Source: Vicugna vicugna (taxonomy: Eukaryota). Taken from it: 62,715 bases of DNA. The notes below the pieces were generated by a model that searched no databases, was not told the origin of the DNA, and saw nothing but the letters and a program-made list of their open reading frames with translations. Shown piece after piece: positions 26,678 through 39,349 of this stretch; the first letter of the stretch is position 1, and each line of letters opens with the position of its first letter. Made by a program: the position numbers and the translations under genes. Where the stretch lies: assembly GCA_013265495.1 (NCBI GenBank), contig MU058796.1, forward strand, positions 558,001 to 620,715, in the 5' to 3' direction.

Positions 26678-27477
26678 GTAAGTACCGCTTCCATTTGTTG
26701 ACGTTGGATCTTTGAAAATTATTATAACAGGTGTAAATCCGCACATGCTGCTGATAATTTTTGACCTTCTATCTTAATATAATGAACATGACAATATTGA
26801 AGGATAATTTGTAATAAATTAAAAGGCAACCCAATCATTAAGTAATATTATTATGAGTTAATTCATTTCTTGTATTAAGGTACAGTTGCATTTTCTGGCT
26901 TGTTATTAAAACACGCAATTTGAATAGAAGAATGCTGGAGATACTAAAGTGAAATGATCCTATTTAAAAATTTTTCATCTTGTTTACATAGTCATTCTGA
27001 CTAGTGATCATTTCTTTATATTCTGAGCAATTTATTCATCATCGTGAGGTCTCAGTGTCAGAAAGACAACTAAATAGTTAATGCTTCACCCTGTATTCAT
27101 CGGCACTGGGATTAATTTAAGAATGTGCCACATGTGACAAGAAAATGATGTTAGGTAATTAGATCTGGGATACTTGTCATTAAAACAAATTTTTTAAAAT
27201 TCTGTAATAGAAAAGGTAGAAATAATGTATTTGGAAACAACTGTTCTAAGGATTTGTAAAGCAAATTATCTACAAGTAGAATATTCAGATTTAATAATGT
27301 GTAATTCTAGAAGAGAAGTTAATATATTTTTATTTGGACTCAATTTCGGTAAAAATAGTAATGTCTTACAGTGATGGTATTTCTCGCACACCTAGCATTA
27401 CACTCTATAAGCACTGAACCAAACTTGGCAGTGTTTTTGTTTATGAAAAAAACTTTTATTTAAGAAACAGTAGTTTA

Positions 27478-27676
27478 GGAGGAGGGTATAGCTCAGTGGT
27501 AGAGTGCATACCTAGCAAGCACGAGGTCCTGGGTTCATTCCCCAGTACCTCCATCCAAAAAAAAGTAAATAAATAAAAACCTAATTACCTCCCCCCAAAA
27601 TAAAAACAAACAAAAGAACCAAGAAGAGTCGGAAATAAAGTTCAAGGTAAAACCTTGTCTCTATGACAGAGTTGAC
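27478..27676 (+). mobile_element. tRNA-derived SINE, Vic-1-like, with 14-bp target-site duplication
   Basis: GGAGGGTATAGCTCAGTGGTAGAG...GGGTTCATTCCCCAG; GAAACAGTAGTTTA is duplicated at 27464-27477 and 27677-27690. Confidence 0.9.
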
Positions 27677-27818
27677 GAAACAGTAGTTTAAATATCTTAG
27701 AGACATTTAAGCATCTTAAAGACAGTGGCGAGGACTATCAGTGAATACTGTAGTTTTGGAGCCAGCTGCTGATACTCATGTGTTCTGTTGTGCGTTTTTT
27801 TGCTCCTTTTCTTTATAG

Positions 27819-28039
27819 ATTGCATGCCCAATATTTGCAGGACTCCTGCACTTTTTCTTTCTGGCCGCTTTTGCTTGGATGTGCTTAGAAGGTGTGCAGC
27901 TCTATCTAATGTTAGTTGAAGTCTTTGAAAGTGAATATTCAAGGAAGAAATACTACTATGTTGCTGGTTACTTGTTTCCTGCCACAGTGGTTGGAGTTTC
28001 AGCTGCTATTGACTATAAGAGCTACGGAACAGAGAAAGC
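27819..28039 (+). CDS. ADGRL2: TM3-TM4 exon ([15 protein letters not shown]...SYGTEKA), 221 nt
   Basis: tatag| acceptor and AGC|gtgagt donor; phase 0-2; contains WMCLEG. Confidence 0.97.
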
Positions 28040-29362
28040 GTGAGTAATTGCAAGTGACCTGAGTGTTTTTCAAGTGAATAATTTTTTAAAGCCTGTTAGC
28101 TGTCAGTGAGGGTCCCTGACAGACTAAAATAGCATCTGAAAGCTTTATTGGTGAGAGAATGGGCATGCCGTGCACAAATTACAATCAAGTCTTTTGTAAT
28201 TTTCTAGGTTCAGAGGATTTGTACTCTGGCGAGGCAGATTCTAAATTATGGACTTTCTTTTTAACACAAAAGACTGACCTGAAACAAATTGAAAAAGTAA
28301 ATAACTTTTTGGCCTTAGAAAGATATTAAGTAAAAATTCTTCTGAACTTAAAGCATCTGACAGGTTTAACTACTCAGTTTTGAAGCTAATGCTTCATTAG
28401 CTCTCTTTGTGCAGCGGGCCCTCTAGCTAACTCTCATTCTCAATTGTGACAGTACCACATTCCATCCCATATGTTTTACTTTGATAATATTTTATCAGGC
28501 AGTTTGAAAGGATTTAAATAAGTCACTGTCATTCATTTATAAAAAATACAGATATTTATGGAAAGTGACAGAAGGTAGACATGGCCGTGTTTCTAAGGAT
28601 TTTATTTGCTAGAGGCATGAATTTGCCTTCCAATTCTGTTTATTTTTTCTTTTGATAAAATTAGTTATATAGATTCTTTGGACTAAAGAAAGCTTTTTGA
28701 CTGCACAGATGATGAAAGACAAATAAAAGAAATTCACTGGAGATTCAGTGTTATATGAAAAAATGAACCACTAAGTAAAATCTGTCTTAATAAGTTTATG
28801 CATCATTTACTCTAATACTGTATGAGTTCTGTGCTTTGATTTTTTTTTCTAGTATTCATCCATTCCCAGTTGAGGTATTATATTTATGCTACACTGTTTT
28901 GCAACAAATGTAACATCTGAACATTTATTTTTTTATCTGTTATGTTCCATAGGGTTAAACATTTTAGTTCAGATGCAGATTCAAAAGGCAAATTTTGAAG
29001 ATAGGAACTTTAAAATGATGAGACAATTTGGAGTCTTGAGTTTCAAGTTTTTCTCAGCAAAGTCAGATGTCTTAAGACTTCAGGCTGAGGGTGGTTACTG
29101 TTTTCTCCATACAAGCATAATTATGTGTGTCTTTATCAAATTTAAAACCTGAAATGAAGAATAGGTTGGAATAAATATATTACTACTTTTTAAGTCAGTG
29201 CCAACTCAGAATTATTAACACTGTTCTTGACCACAAGAAATTAATTTTCAAAGGCAAATGTAAAGTTAGTTTTGTTTGTTAGATTTTTAAAATTCTGTGT
29301 TCCTTGTGATGTTGAGGATCCACTGAATCTACTTAATACAAATTATTTTCTTTTTATAATAG

Positions 29363-29429
29363 TTGCTGGCTTCATGTTGATAACTATTTTATATGGAGTT
29401 TCATTGGACCTGTTACCTTCATTATTCTG
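29363..29429 (+). CDS. ADGRL2: ECL2-TM5 exon ([22 protein letters not shown]), 67 nt
   Basis: aatag| acceptor and CTG|gtaagc donor; phase 2-0. Confidence 0.96.
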
Positions 29430-32400
29430 GTAAGCAGACTCTGTTTTCCCTTCATTTTTAGCTTGCTGCTTTAGCAGTGCAATTGAAACAGGGCTAATTT
29501 GTTTTACTTTTAATTTATCTATGCAGTCAAAGATTTATAAACATGTCCAGCTTACCCGATAAAATTATATAGTATATTTTACATATTATATCATTATTTA
29601 GAGCTTATACACTTGCTAATTAGTACTATTTCTGAAAATTGTTTCCTCTAAAAAGTACTTTTTCCTCCTTTCTAATATAGTTTGCAAAAATGCCATGTCA
29701 TTATTTATATATGCCATGTTAAGACTGCATGATTTGAAAGTACTTTAATAATTAGAAAGGAATAATTGACATGTATAGTTTATTTTGTTTTTGAGTAAGT
29801 GGGGTTTTTTGCTAAGAGTTTTAAATCAGGAAATTATGTTTCCAAAATCTATAATATTAGCTCTGCACCAAGCCTGAATAGCATTTATGAATTAAATGAA
29901 TGTTTTATGAAAGTGAAAGGACATTAGCTTAATATTTATTATTTTAATTTCCACATAGCAGTTTAGTGCTTTTAAACAAACATCCACACCCTGTTTTGGG
30001 CACAAAAAGTTTTTTTTTAAACTTAGAATAGTATGTGAATATTAAATAAATTTTAAACTCATTAGAAGTAAAATTACTATTCTAAGCCTTAAAATACCAA
30101 ATAAAAATACTGGTGTCTAAGAAATTTTATTTTAAAATAAACTTGATACAAATTAAGCATAATAATATTAAGGTACTTTTTAACTTAAATTATCACTAGT
30201 CAAGTATTTGAAATACAGTTGAAATTTTTTAAATGTAGCTAAAATATTTGGATTTCAGTATTTAAAACATTTCACTCAGGTTTAACATCATGCTGTTACA
30301 AATAAATGTTATTGACCATTATAAGATTGAGAAACAAACAAATTTCATATTGCCTATATCTGTTGATTCCTATTAGGGGTGCTTTTTTCTTTAAAAAGTT
30401 ATAACAAATGAGCTTATTAGCTATTTCTGTGGTTAACTAGTGTGTCAATAAAATTAAGCAAAAACTTTTAGTAGTTCAAGGAAAGTTAGAATTACTTCAA
30501 GTTTATATAACTTTTGTCATTAAAATGAATTATTTTATACAATTACTTTTATACAAAGCAAAATGAAAATTTGAGATGAATGCCTGTGTGAATCAAATCA
30601 GTAAAACACTCTCAAGTGTTCCTAGGAAAGCTGATTTCTCATCAGAATTGTTCAGTCCAGATGATTGCCCCAGTTTTTGTTCTTGGTTTACTTTTGTTAA
30701 CACAGCCTAAGCCTAGCTTGAATTAAATGACAAACAGCTGACACGAAGAGGTGTGATCCTTAAAGACACAGGCTTCTTTTTTCCCTGAGCCCTTGGCCAA
30801 ACATATTGATACTTTGAAAATTGTAAAGACCATTTTAGGGATATTTGATCTATACTTCTGTTGGACTGCAGTTTTGTTTATTTTCTGCCTCTGAAGAGAA
30901 ATACTTTCTTGACAGTATTAAAAGACGCTTCACTTGGCAAAGGGGGTTAATGTTCATGTATGCACAGCCTCCAGTAAGAAAAGAGGTGAAGGGTATTTTA
31001 TTATGTTGCCCATTTACAAGCGAGAGCCTACTATTACTTTTCAGCTTTGTCATTATTATCGTCTACCAGATCATTGAGGTTGAGATGCGAAGGGCTTTTG
31101 GGAACAGTGTTCCCAACTAGAAACAAAACCAAACCAAACAGCAGGCAGCAATCACACTACAGATCCTGGGAGTAATTCTTCTCCTGCAATTGCTTTGCCC
31201 TCTAATCGTCCCAACGCAGAGACAAAGAGTGACACAGAAGTGTAAAATGTTATCTCGCATGTAGCCTAAAGTGAGATAAATGATTGTACACACGTGTTTG
31301 TTGAGTACTAATATAGTTACCGACATATGTCCTTGTGGTGATAGAGGACATTTAAAAGTCAGTGGAGACACAAATCTTAATAATGTAAATTATATTGCCT
31401 ACTACTACTCGTTTAAGGAGTACTCTCATAACAGAAATCACCTATTGGTATTCCTGGAAAGCATAGTTTTCCATTTCCAGCTTTTCTGAATTGAAATCAT
31501 TTCGCTTAGTAGTATTAAATAAGTGTACATTTTTAATAATTTTCAATGAAAAAAATGTTATGGAAGATAAAACTTCCTACTTCTGTGTTTCTATAGGATG
31601 TCTTGCCTACAGGCACTAGAATTATTATATCTATGAGAAAAGTGCTTGTAAGTAATGAGCAGTGGGAAACCATTAGTATGCCTGAAATGGTTTAATGAAA
31701 GCTTGGATCATGACACGTCAGGAGCTGTTCTTATCATTTGGACAGCTCCATCTGCGTCGTTAATAATTAATTCAGTTCAGTAAGAGTTCAGCTCACACAC
31801 TCATTTAGAAGTCTTCCTCAGAGAACACCTCTCTGGCTGCCAGTCCCAGGGAGAAATAGGTTTCTGCTTGGCTAACAGCAAAGATCTGGAGATACAAGTG
31901 CGGTTTTAGAGTTGGATTTGCCAGGTAGCAAAAGCTCCAGGGAGGACAAAAAGGGTCAGAACATGTGCAGTTCAGTTAGGTTACTTCAGAGTGGTGTTTC
32001 TGTTCTTCTGTCTCATCATATCCATGTCAGCACCGCAAGCTGTGGAACGAATTTTAAGCTGCTAAGCTCAGATGGCTATGATTCAATGGAGCAGGTTGAT
32101 GACTATAAAACAAACTGTGCCCTCCTACAATCTATGGTACCTTTTTCTCTCTTTAAACTTCTTTGTATTTTCATGTTTATCAATATGGGTAATGATTAGC
32201 TAGGCCGTATCATCAAGTAATGGTGAATTTTATTTAACAAAGTACACCGGCAGATTATTTAATAAAACAGTAATTAATGAAATTATTTTTGGGAGATAGA
32301 TAGAAGAGTATTGTTTGTTATTGGAAGAGGAAGAATGCCCCGTTTAGTGGTTCACTCTTTATAGCTGAATAAGAAAATTTTTTCTTCTTCATATGTTCTC

Positions 32401-32454
32401 ACTCTTTAACATAGAATTCTATTAAGAGATATCCATCTACCCATTTACCTGTGT

Positions 32455-32479
32455 ACACACACACACACACACACACACA
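32455..32479. repeat. (AC)n microsatellite
   Basis: About 12 perfect AC units. Confidence 0.95.
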
Positions 32480-35400
32480 GGGCAGAGTTAAATTAAATCT
32501 GATTAATTCCTGGATGAAATGCCTCATCTCCAAAGTTAATCCTCAGTATGGGCATTTAGGCTGGTGAGCTGACATGCAACATGCAACACCGTCCTGTTAA
32601 CTTGTACTTACTAGAGGCATCTACCTGAATGGCTGAGTCATGTCATGTATACCAGGTTTAGACAGATCTTTATGTACACAGCTGTAACTCTATCTTTTTC
32701 CTTTCTCACTGATGCATAGCGCCTTTCAATCTACCCCAAAATGCTGTGTTTAGACTTAGTAGCATTCAGTTTGTAAAGAACAAGAGGGTAAAAAGTGACT
32801 GCATTGGGCTTGAAGGGAGAACAGCAGTTGAATGGTGGACACAACTCTTCTCAGCCTTTTGCCTGCTTTCCAGTGAGAAACACGGAGAATCTTCTGTTGA
32901 TGTTTGTGATTTCTTAAATTTTTTAAATGCATACCAAAGGCAGGAGAATAAACTGGGGAGAAGTAAAAAGTGAGGAGAAAGAAATCATTTATTCTAACCA
33001 GAAGAGAAAGAAGCACAGGAGCATATGGTTGGAAAGAGCCATTTGTGGACAGGAAAAATGATAAAAAGAAGGAACTCATTTGAACTTCACTTGAAACTAA
33101 CCTTTTTAGTCTTCAAGTGACTATCTTAGACAACAGAATGTATCAGAGATGTTTCTTTTTGCCCCTCTATTTCTTAATCTGATTCCCATAGTTATGAGAA
33201 AACAAGAAAGGAGTAGAAAAGAAAAAAAATCTATTGAAATGTTTTATTCTACAAAATTATGACTTATTAGAGTGTATTGCCTCCTGAAAAAGATGGGAAG
33301 AATATTTATTCTAGGAAACTAAAAATTAGCATTTACGTTTTAGACATTGGAGAAAATAAGAGAGCTTTAAAACCACGTTTTAAAAAATTTGTTTACCCTT
33401 CAGTAAATGTTCTATTTAATTCCAGAAAATATTTCACTCTCATATATTGGTGGTAACATATTAAACTATTCAATACCTTAATTAATAGACATTTTTTCAT
33501 TTCTCTAGTAAGACCAATAAATAACATGTATTAGTGAGTTTTTTTCATGTGGAGTTGGGATAAAGAAAATATCTTACATTTGGCTATTTTTTTGGCTCTT
33601 ATATTCACAATAAGTCTTACAAGCCTTTTTTCATAATTACTTTGTCTTGAAATGATGTTATTTTATCCTATTAAAGATTATTTGCCTCATTATTTGTATA
33701 TTGTCAAGTCGTATTTCAAAGATTAAATAAGTGTTGGATTTAACTCTAAAGTTCTTGACAGCCTAACAGTGTGTTTGCTAGATTTTTATTTTCATTTTCT
33801 TTAAATTGGAGAATTCACAGACACTTGTGAAATAATCTGAGTGCAAGAATTCTTCTGTGGTTTTATGATTATTTTCCTAGGATTTTAAGTTGTTTTTTAA
33901 GAGACTCACTTTTAAAACATCTTTTTGAAACATTCAATCTTAAATATGTTAGAAACAACAGCTTTTCTCCCCCACTCAGGTTTTATGGGTTTGTGTGATA
34001 TTTAGCGACGTGTGAGTAAAGCAAACAGGCTTTAGAAAGCACAACTGTTAAATGCAGAGTGTAGCGAGTGGGAGAAGGAACGTGTGGGTGTCTTAGCCAT
34101 GTGCTGATTATGGGATGGTGGTGTTCTGCAAAGGAGATGCAGAGTGGGTTATCATGGCAACTCCATCAAGTGGAAATCTTTTGAAGAGCACACCTTCTTA
34201 TGTTAAGGATTTAAGACTATATTTTTATATATGAATTAATTTAATATTCTGTCTTCAACTCATTCATCATCCCTGATTGATCTGTGAAGTAGATTGCTCT
34301 CTATAGAAGTGGAGCCTGGAACCTTTTTTAAAAATATAAAACCAGTGTGTCTTCGTTTTTGTTAGAAGACTCCTAGTTTTCTCAGCCAGAATCCATTGGT
34401 TAATTTTATTAGAAAAGACTGCAGGCCGTGAAGCCAGATGACAGTGTGTGGAACCTCAGCATTGACTTTACAGGAGCTAAATAGGCTTTGGCAAGGTACT
34501 TAACATCACACACTTGTAAAATGGTTATCTCAGTGCTGTCTGCTGCCTCTGGAGATAGGGTTATAGGTTGCTGGAGGATATTTTTTAGCTATTCCTGTAA
34601 TTATCTGTATTTTCTGAACTTTCTGTCTTGTGAATGTGTGGTATTTGTAGCTAGGAAGAAACACTAAACAGAGACATAACTAAAGCAGGGTGAGGGGAGA
34701 AGAAGAGGAGATGCATCTAACAGTCTACTTTTTAAGGCTTAAGTGAGATATATTTTCTGTGGTGTTTTCAAGTTAGTTCTGTCTTAACAAGAAAGAAATG
34801 TCTTTGTATCATATTTCAGCTTTAGTTCCACTTTTACATAGGTACGCTTTATTTTCATTTCAGTTTTACTGGAAAAGGTGCTAGTTCTTGAATAACTGAT
34901 TTTTTTTTAGCCTGGTTTTCTTCCTTGAAAACTGTTTGGGTGAATTCACCCCCCATGGTTTCACATTTTCCCCTCGTTGTCTTTTTATAGCATAATTCTT
35001 GATACATTCCAGTTTTTTCTTTCCTTGTAGTTCAGTTATTGCAGTGGGTAATAACTTTTTTCTTTCCTCGAAGGTGCTACTACTACTGTTATTTTATTCC
35101 TAGGGGATAATGAATATGCTTAGAAAGTAAGGAGCTTCACATTGTGGCCCTTCATGCTTCAGAAAATTGTTTTTTAAGAAAGGTGTTGGGCAACGCTAGG
35201 TCTAGAAATTTGGAATAAAAGCAATAAATGGTTTTATTAGGACATTGAAAAAGGAAGATTGAGGGGTTTAAATGATTTTAACTCTGAATCTGTAAAAAAT
35301 CTGTAAGGCAGCCATTCTTGCTTAAGAAAGATGTAGCCAGTTTGTTTGTTTATATGGGTTTGGTTTGTTTTTAGGATATTTGGAGTTCTTGTTTTTAACC

Positions 35401-37256
35401 ATTCCTAAATTGTCCTAGTTACAACTTACTATTATATAAAATAAAATGTAAAAACACTGTTGATTTTGTTTTTTTAAAAAATTTAGAGATAAACTGTACC
35501 ATGAGTCTTTAAAAACCAAATTAAATACTTACTGTACTACCAGAAGGATCTTTCTGATTTCTCAAAGGCAAAAATTGTGTCTTACCCACAATACAATAAG
35601 CACATTCTTGTGTGGAGCAGTAAGGTCAATAAATACTTGTTGAATGAAATGGCATCATACTATAACATCCCTGAAAATAGAGGCATTTATTTATATTATG
35701 ACCAACTAGGCTTTATAATCTTCAGAATATAAAACTAGAATTTTTCTTACAAGTTATTTACTTTTCCTCTAGACAAGTATCTTAAGAAATTAATTTTTAA
35801 GTACTTTAATAAGCAGAGAGTCTCTTTTGTCCTCAAATAATTAACATCAATGATGGAATGCTATCTGCCAACACTTGCAAATTATGGCCATTAACCTCAC
35901 TTTAGTCCTTAAGAGGAAATTCTACATCTAAGAGAAACAACAAGGCATAGTAGACAAAATGACTGATAAACAGCTTAAAGTCTTTACTCTGTTCCTAAAC
36001 TCATTAGGAAGGACTTGGAAATTTTATGTATTGCCATGTATCGTTTTTCCTAATTATAAAATCAGAAGTAGTGATGAATAAGGAAAATAACATTATCATG
36101 TTATCAGATGGTATTGTGACTCAGCAAAAGTGATCGTGTTACTGTAACAAAGTTATGTTGATTATCTGCCACCGAGGAGTTGCTTTCGTTCCCAAATATA
36201 ATGGGCCTTTTTCTGAATTTATGATTTGGGCTGGCGTTAAGCCATCTAATGCTTACATAATAACTTCATTTTATCTTTATCTTTTTTAAAGTAATACTTT
36301 GAAGTAAATAAAATGTGAAAAAAAATCCAGGAGCAGTTTAGCGTAAGCTTATTTTTAGGGCATAAAAATGGAAGTGCCTTCACTCCATCCGGCACCCTGC
36401 AAGGTTTCTGTAGAAGCAAATGCAAATTACAAACCCTTAACCCTCCTCAGTCAAAACACAACTCTTGTCTTCTGAATTCACTCAAAATGACCTTCCAAGC
36501 TGTCCTTCCGTGTCAGGTTCCATCTTCCCCAGGTTGCTTTTTTTGCACCTAGATTCTTGCACAGCTGAGTGTTTAGAGGGACTCAAAAACAGGCTTTCTT
36601 TAGAATTTACCTACTTTCATACAGTAAAGAGACATATGGAAAAAAGAGATGATGGCTTTTAACACTTAAATAGCAAATTACATATTTATTTAAAAGTTTA
36701 TCTTACTTTGTATAACCAGTGAACATTTTTCATGTGTTTAATTTCATTTGATCCTCACCATTAGCTTACAAAAAGATTGTACAAATGTTACTTTCCTCAT
36801 TTAATCAGTCAAAATCAAGAGCTAGGCTCTCAGCTACATCTTACGGTCCCAAATTCTGGGATCCTTCCATTATAAGCTGCTTGATGTACATACCCCTTCT
36901 AAGGAATTCACTTCGGTGTTTTTATTAGATGGCTTTTAGACCCTGGAGTACCTCTAGCTAAAGAATCTAATTTAGGCTTTCTAATTTATTTAATCATCAC
37001 CACATGATTCTGATTTAATGAGGTTGCAATATCATGTCAAATGATCTATTAAAAAATCGATCATACATCGCCAGAGTATTTTTTATTTAGACTCAGCTTG
37101 ATCATCGCATAAGTAAACTAAAATTGAATCAGTGTCTACCGTATATTCGTGTCGTTGATATTTAACTGCAGTATCCATTGAATATATTTGCTAACATGTA
37201 TTTAGTTTTTGCTTTTTGTCATAGTGTTCTAATTCTTTTTTTATTTGTTATAATAG

Positions 37257-37348
37257 CTAAATATTATCTTCCTGGTGATCACATTGTGCAAAATGGTGAA
37301 GCACTCAAACACTTTGAAACCGGATTCTAGCAGGTTGGAAAACATTAA
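37257..37348 (+). CDS. ADGRL2: TM5-ICL3 exon ([30 protein letters not shown]), 92 nt
   Basis: aatag| acceptor and TAA|gtaagt donor; phase 0-2. Confidence 0.96.
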
Positions 37349-38170
37349 GTAAGTATTTTGTGTTTTAATTTTAGTGCTTGACAAACTAAGTGAAAGATAC
37401 TCTCCACAGGGAATACATGAATACCTTCTATCAACTGTAGAAATTATTCAGAAGGAAGTGTTACTGATAAAGGCTGAGTCTCACTGTCACCATGTCACAG
37501 ACATTGGTCAAAAGTTAGATAATTTCTGTCTTGATCTAGAGCCAAGAAATTGCTTCAGTGGCTTTGTGGAAATTCCATATCACTGTAGCAATTTCATTTG
37601 AATTTAAAATGCAGTTCAAAGTGCTGTTCCTGTTTGCATGGCTGATATGATTATGTTAAGTTTGTTTTGTTAAATGACTTTTTGATTTAAGGATTGTGAG
37701 CAGTTTCTACCTCTAATCCTGTTTTCCTAAGAGAATTTACTCTATTACTATTGTTAACTTGGAGATTATCTGTTGTTCTCATGATAATTAAGTAAATGTT
37801 TACTTTATTTCAATGTTGAAAAAACTGCAGTAGCCCATCAATGGAAAAATGCTATCGAATTAACAAAAAATTGATAGCTGTTGATTCATGAAGTCGTCTT
37901 ATATAAAAAGGCATTTTCAGCGTTGTTCTTAAACATGAGTTAATTTAAAATTTGAGGAGGTATTGTTCGAGTTGGCTATAATGGGATGTGGAAAATATAT
38001 TTAATGTTAAAAATGGCAGATCTATAGTAATGGTGATTTTTTTTAAACTTAGATGTTTGAGATAGGTTAGTGCCAGCTTCATTGCATGTTGCATGGTAAG
38101 AGAGAGAGCTAATCTTTAGCATCTCTCTCTTTTCTTCCTTTCCCTCTTTCTGTCTTCTCATCTACACCAG

Positions 38171-38215
38171 TAATTACCGTGTTTGTGATGGCTACTATAA
38201 TACGGACTTACCTGG
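38171..38215 (+). CDS. ADGRL2: 45-nt ICL3 cassette exon (NYRVCDGYYNTDLPG)
   Basis: Long CU tract plus ccag| acceptor and TGG|gtaagg donor; phase 2-2; frame-preserving. Confidence 0.9.
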
Positions 38216-38497
38216 GTAAGGTAGACCTTACATTAACAAATTTATGGCATGATTTATATTTTTTACAAATCCGTCAGTATCATGAATTGCCCTTAATTTC
38301 TATAGTTATTTTGGAATATCTAATTTGCTACAGTATTTAAACTATAATATGCCTTTATTTTTTAACTGCTTGCCTCTGCATTTTGACTTTCTTAATTTTG
38401 ACTAATTTTATAAAATATATAAATGCTTTCTTATTACTTTCTATTTTAATTCTGTCTAATAATTTTGTTTCTCTTTTCTGCTTATAATGCTTTCTAG

Positions 38498-38524
38498 CTA
38501 TGAAGATAATAAGCCATTTATCAA
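38498..38524 (+). CDS. ADGRL2: 27-nt ICL3 microexon (YEDNKPFIK)
   Basis: tctag| acceptor and CAA|gtaaga donor; phase 2-2. Resembles the latrophilin-3 ICL3 insert YEDNRPFIK as recalled. Confidence 0.88.
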
Positions 38525-39180
38525 GTAAGATCATTAGTTAGACATGGAATGCACTGACTTTAAATCCTCCTCATTCCGTCCTATTTTCTACAGTTCTTTT
38601 CTCCTTAAGCTATTCATGATGAAATCTCTCCAAAGTTATTTTATTTTGAAGTTGTTCTCATGTTTTTGTCCCATTTCAGCTAGGCTTCTTCATGCTTTAG
38701 CCATAAACCTTAGGTTCACTTAAGATGAGTTTCTTAGAATCTGAAGTTGAGGTGTTAAGTGATTATCTGCCATTTAACCTTTCTGTATGTGTCACATTAT
38801 TCAGTGTCATGAGTGCACCACAGGAATAAAATACAGGAGTAAACTAATTAAGGACTCCTTAATGTCTCTCACCAAAACGCACATAAAAGACAATAAAGTC
38901 ACGGGGGATGTTTTACACCTTGTATTTTAATATAGTTTTCATACCTTGTTTATTCTGAGTAAGAAAAGGTCATACCTGCTGTTGCTGTTTCCACTGGAGA
39001 CGTCAGTACTAAATGCTATTGTTCTTTCTTTAATCAATGAAAGGTTAAAGCCAAAATGCTGTTGAATTTGAATGTGAACATAGAGAAAGCCTACTGCTAC
39101 TACTGACACATTAATATTTAAGTGTGATGTGTGTGGTTCTCCCATCGAGCCCGTTAATAAAATTCACCTTGTTTTTTCAG

Positions 39181-39349
39181 GTCTTGGGTGCTTGGCGCTT
39201 TCGCTCTTCTGTGTCTTCTTGGCCTAACCTGGTCATTTGGGTTGCTTTTTATTAATGAGGAGACTATTGTGATGGCGTATCTCTTCACCATCTTTAATGC
39301 TTTCCAGGGAGTGTTCATTTTCATCTTCCACTGTGCTCTCCAAAAGAAA
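39181..39349 (+). CDS. ADGRL2: TM6-TM7 exon ([10 protein letters not shown]...FHCALQKK), 169 nt
   Basis: ttcag| acceptor and AAA|gtaagt donor; phase 2-0; contains LLGLTW and NAFQG. Confidence 0.97.

Noticed and set aside
31721..31749. Small hairpin GGAGCTGT...ACAGCTCC as an ncRNA or miRNA
   Set aside because: An 8-bp stem is too short for a pre-miRNA and is expected by chance in 62 kb.
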